Positions 62,764 through 64,000 of a stretch of DNA of 64,000 bases are shown one piece after another. The stretch is from an uncultured Candidatus Saccharibacteria bacterium. Its GTDB lineage: Bacteria; Patescibacteriota; Minisyncoccia; Phycocordibacterales; UBA9973. Every line of letters starts with the position of its first letter. The stretch's first letter is position 1. The notes beneath the pieces were generated by a model. The model saw only the letters and a program-made list of their open reading frames with translations. It made no database searches and had not been told where the DNA came from. The DNA lies in assembly GCA_964645245.1 (NCBI GenBank), contig CAZYBS010000001.1, positions 91,388 to 155,387 on the forward strand, read 5' to 3'. The position numbers and the translations under genes were made by a program.

Positions 62764-63399
62764 ATGGACAAAATTACTGAGTTGAACAAATTAGAGCTTG
62801 AAATGACGGAAGACAAAAGCTTGCCGCTTTTAGAGTCCAACCTGGTATTTGGGGAAGGTAATTCCAATTGCCAGGTGATTTTTATCGGGGAGGCACCAGG
62901 TTTTAATGAAGACCGTGAGGGACGGCCATTTGTCGGGCGAGCTGGCCAGCTTCTGCGAAAATTCATTAGAGATCTGGGGTGGCAGGAGAGAGACGTTTAT
63001 ATCACCAATATCTTGAAGCGTCGCCCGCCGGAGAACCGTGATCCAAATCCGGAGGAAATTGAGAGTTACAAACCGTATCTGGCGCGACAGATAGATATTA
63101 TCAATCCGAAAATCATCGTGCCGCTCGGCCGGTTTGCGATGAATTATTTTTTGCCCGCGGCCAAGATTACCCGGGACCAGGGCAAACTATTTAGCACTGG
63201 AAAGTATTTTATTTTACCGATGCTCCATCCGGCCGCGGCTCTGCGCGGCAATGAGGCAATGAAAATGTTTGAAGAAAGTTTCCAAAAACTGCCGGCGGCG
63301 CTTGATAAAGTTAATAAAGGAGAATTTGAGGAGGTAAAGCAAGTTGAATATAGTCAAAAACAAAAAAAATTTGAAGATGTGCAGAAAAAACTTTTTTAA
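62764..63399 (+). CDS. Uracil-DNA glycosylase, family 4-like
   Basis: …VFGEGNSNCQVIFIGEAPGFNEDREGRPFVGRAGQLL… is the UDG family 4 motif A/B. The start lies 2 nt after the tRNA; an alternative Met is at 62803. Confidence 0.7.
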   Translation: MDKITELNKLELEMTEDKSLPLLESNLVFGEGNSNCQVIFIGEAPGFNEDREGRPFVGRAGQLLRKFIRDLGWQERDVYITNILKRRPPENRDPNPEEIESYKPYLARQIDIINPKIIVPLGRFAMNYFLPAAKITRDQGKLFSTGKYFILPMLHPAAALRGNEAMKMFEESFQKLPAALDKVNKGEFEEVKQVEYSQKQKKFEDVQKKLF

Positions 63400-63416
63400 T
63401 AATCTAAAATATAATA

Positions 63417-63944
63417 ATGCGCCAGGAAAATGTTTTAATACTGCATAATATTCGCAGTGTGGAGAATGTCGGAGCGATGTTTCGCACCGCGGATGCGGCT
63501 GGGATCAATAAAATTTATTTGACTGGCTACACGCCAACACCGCTTGATAGGTTTGGCAGGAAAAGGCGTGATATGGCGAAGTCGGCATTAGGCGCGGAAG
63601 AATTTGTGCCTTGGGAGCAAAAGAAAAATATCTTTTCATTACTTACGAAGCTGAAAAATGAAAACTATTTAATTATTGGCATAGAACAAGCTAAAAATTC
63701 TACTGACTATAAAAAAGTGTCCGCCCGAGGCGGACCAGCCTTTGGCTGGAAGAAAAAAGCCTTCATCGTCGGCGCTGAAGTAACAGGAATTCCTAAAAGT
63801 ATTCTAAAAAAATGCGACATAATTGCCGAGATTCCAATGCGCGGCAAACTTGCCCGAAATCGTCTTCCTGACGACGTCGGGAAAGAATCGTTAAACGTCT
63901 CCGTGGCGCTGGGGATTGTGCTGTTTAGAGTGCTTAATTTGTAA
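63417..63944 (+). CDS. SpoU/TrmH-family RNA 2'-O-methyltransferase
   Basis: SPOUT motifs (…NVGAMFRTADAAGI… and …IVGAEVTGIPKSILKKCDIIAEIPM… and …SLNVSVALGIVLF). Confidence 0.75.
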   Translation: MRQENVLILHNIRSVENVGAMFRTADAAGINKIYLTGYTPTPLDRFGRKRRDMAKSALGAEEFVPWEQKKNIFSLLTKLKNENYLIIGIEQAKNSTDYKKVSARGGPAFGWKKKAFIVGAEVTGIPKSILKKCDIIAEIPMRGKLARNRLPDDVGKESLNVSVALGIVLFRVLNL

Positions 63945-63961
63945 AATTACTATAAATAGTT

Positions 63962-64000
63962 ATGAAAAAAATTGCCATTGTCTTGTCAGAAGGAGGAATG
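63962..64000 (+). CDS. Start of an ORF truncated by the window edge (MKKIAIVLSEGGM…)
   Basis: ATG at 63962 after a short spacer. Only 13 codons are visible. Confidence 0.2.
   Translation, partial: MKKIAIVLSEGGM

Noticed and set aside
1-64000. CRISPR arrays, rRNA genes, IS transposases and prophage integrase/att pairs.
   Set aside because: No regularly spaced direct repeats with unique spacers were found. No rRNA-like conserved blocks. No DDE/transposase-like ORFs. The only tyrosine recombinase has XerC/D character (SAM-like N-domain), with no adjacent tRNA or att site. The short repeats present are palindromic/inverted rather than CRISPR-like.

Overview
Low-GC (~38%) bacterial chromosome segment with the gene content and style of a reduced-genome CPR/Patescibacteria-like organism (my inference from content; no search was run).

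It contains the canonical replication-origin neighbourhood:
- jag-yidC-yidD-rnpA-rpmH on the minus strand, divergent from dnaA-dnaN.
- DnaA boxes sit in the rpmH-dnaA and dnaA-dnaN spacers.

Housekeeping genes include pnp, rpsO, xerC/D-like, xth, cca, ksgA, PBP1A, tyrS, ruvC, ruvB, a pilB/gspE ATPase, polA, UDG and a SpoU methyltransferase. There are five tRNAs, none with an encoded CCA. A UvrD/PcrA helicase is interrupted by a ~367-aa intein. A Liv-type ABC importer is partial at the left edge.

A ~13-kb block (33.1-46.7 kb) encodes a conjugation/T4SS-like envelope apparatus:
- a VirB6/TrbL-like giant membrane protein;
- a PrgI/VirB3-like protein;
- a VirB4 ATPase split into two ORFs;
- a pilin-like protein fused to an L,D-transpeptidase domain;
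- several large secreted hypotheticals.

The most unusual signals are listed below.
1. Several families of short GC-rich palindromic repeat elements (poly-C/poly-G arms around AT cores, plus other repeat types). They occur both between genes and in frame inside conserved housekeeping genes: xerC, ksgA (four times), polA, jag, ruvB (twice), cca (twice), uvrD, pnp and others. This resembles Rickettsia palindromic elements.
2. Five small GC-rich (50-58% GC) stand-alone transcription units. Two lie directly beside Cheo-type LexA boxes (GAAC-N4-GTTC), one of them divergent from lexA. Three TrmB-family regulator paralogs are interleaved with them.

Also present: a hicBA toxin-antitoxin pair; an HNH endonuclease ORF that reads into tRNA-Arg; a 572-aa Cys-rich multi-zinc-ribbon protein preceded by a perfect 12-3-12 palindrome; and a candidate structured ncRNA between ruvB and pilB.
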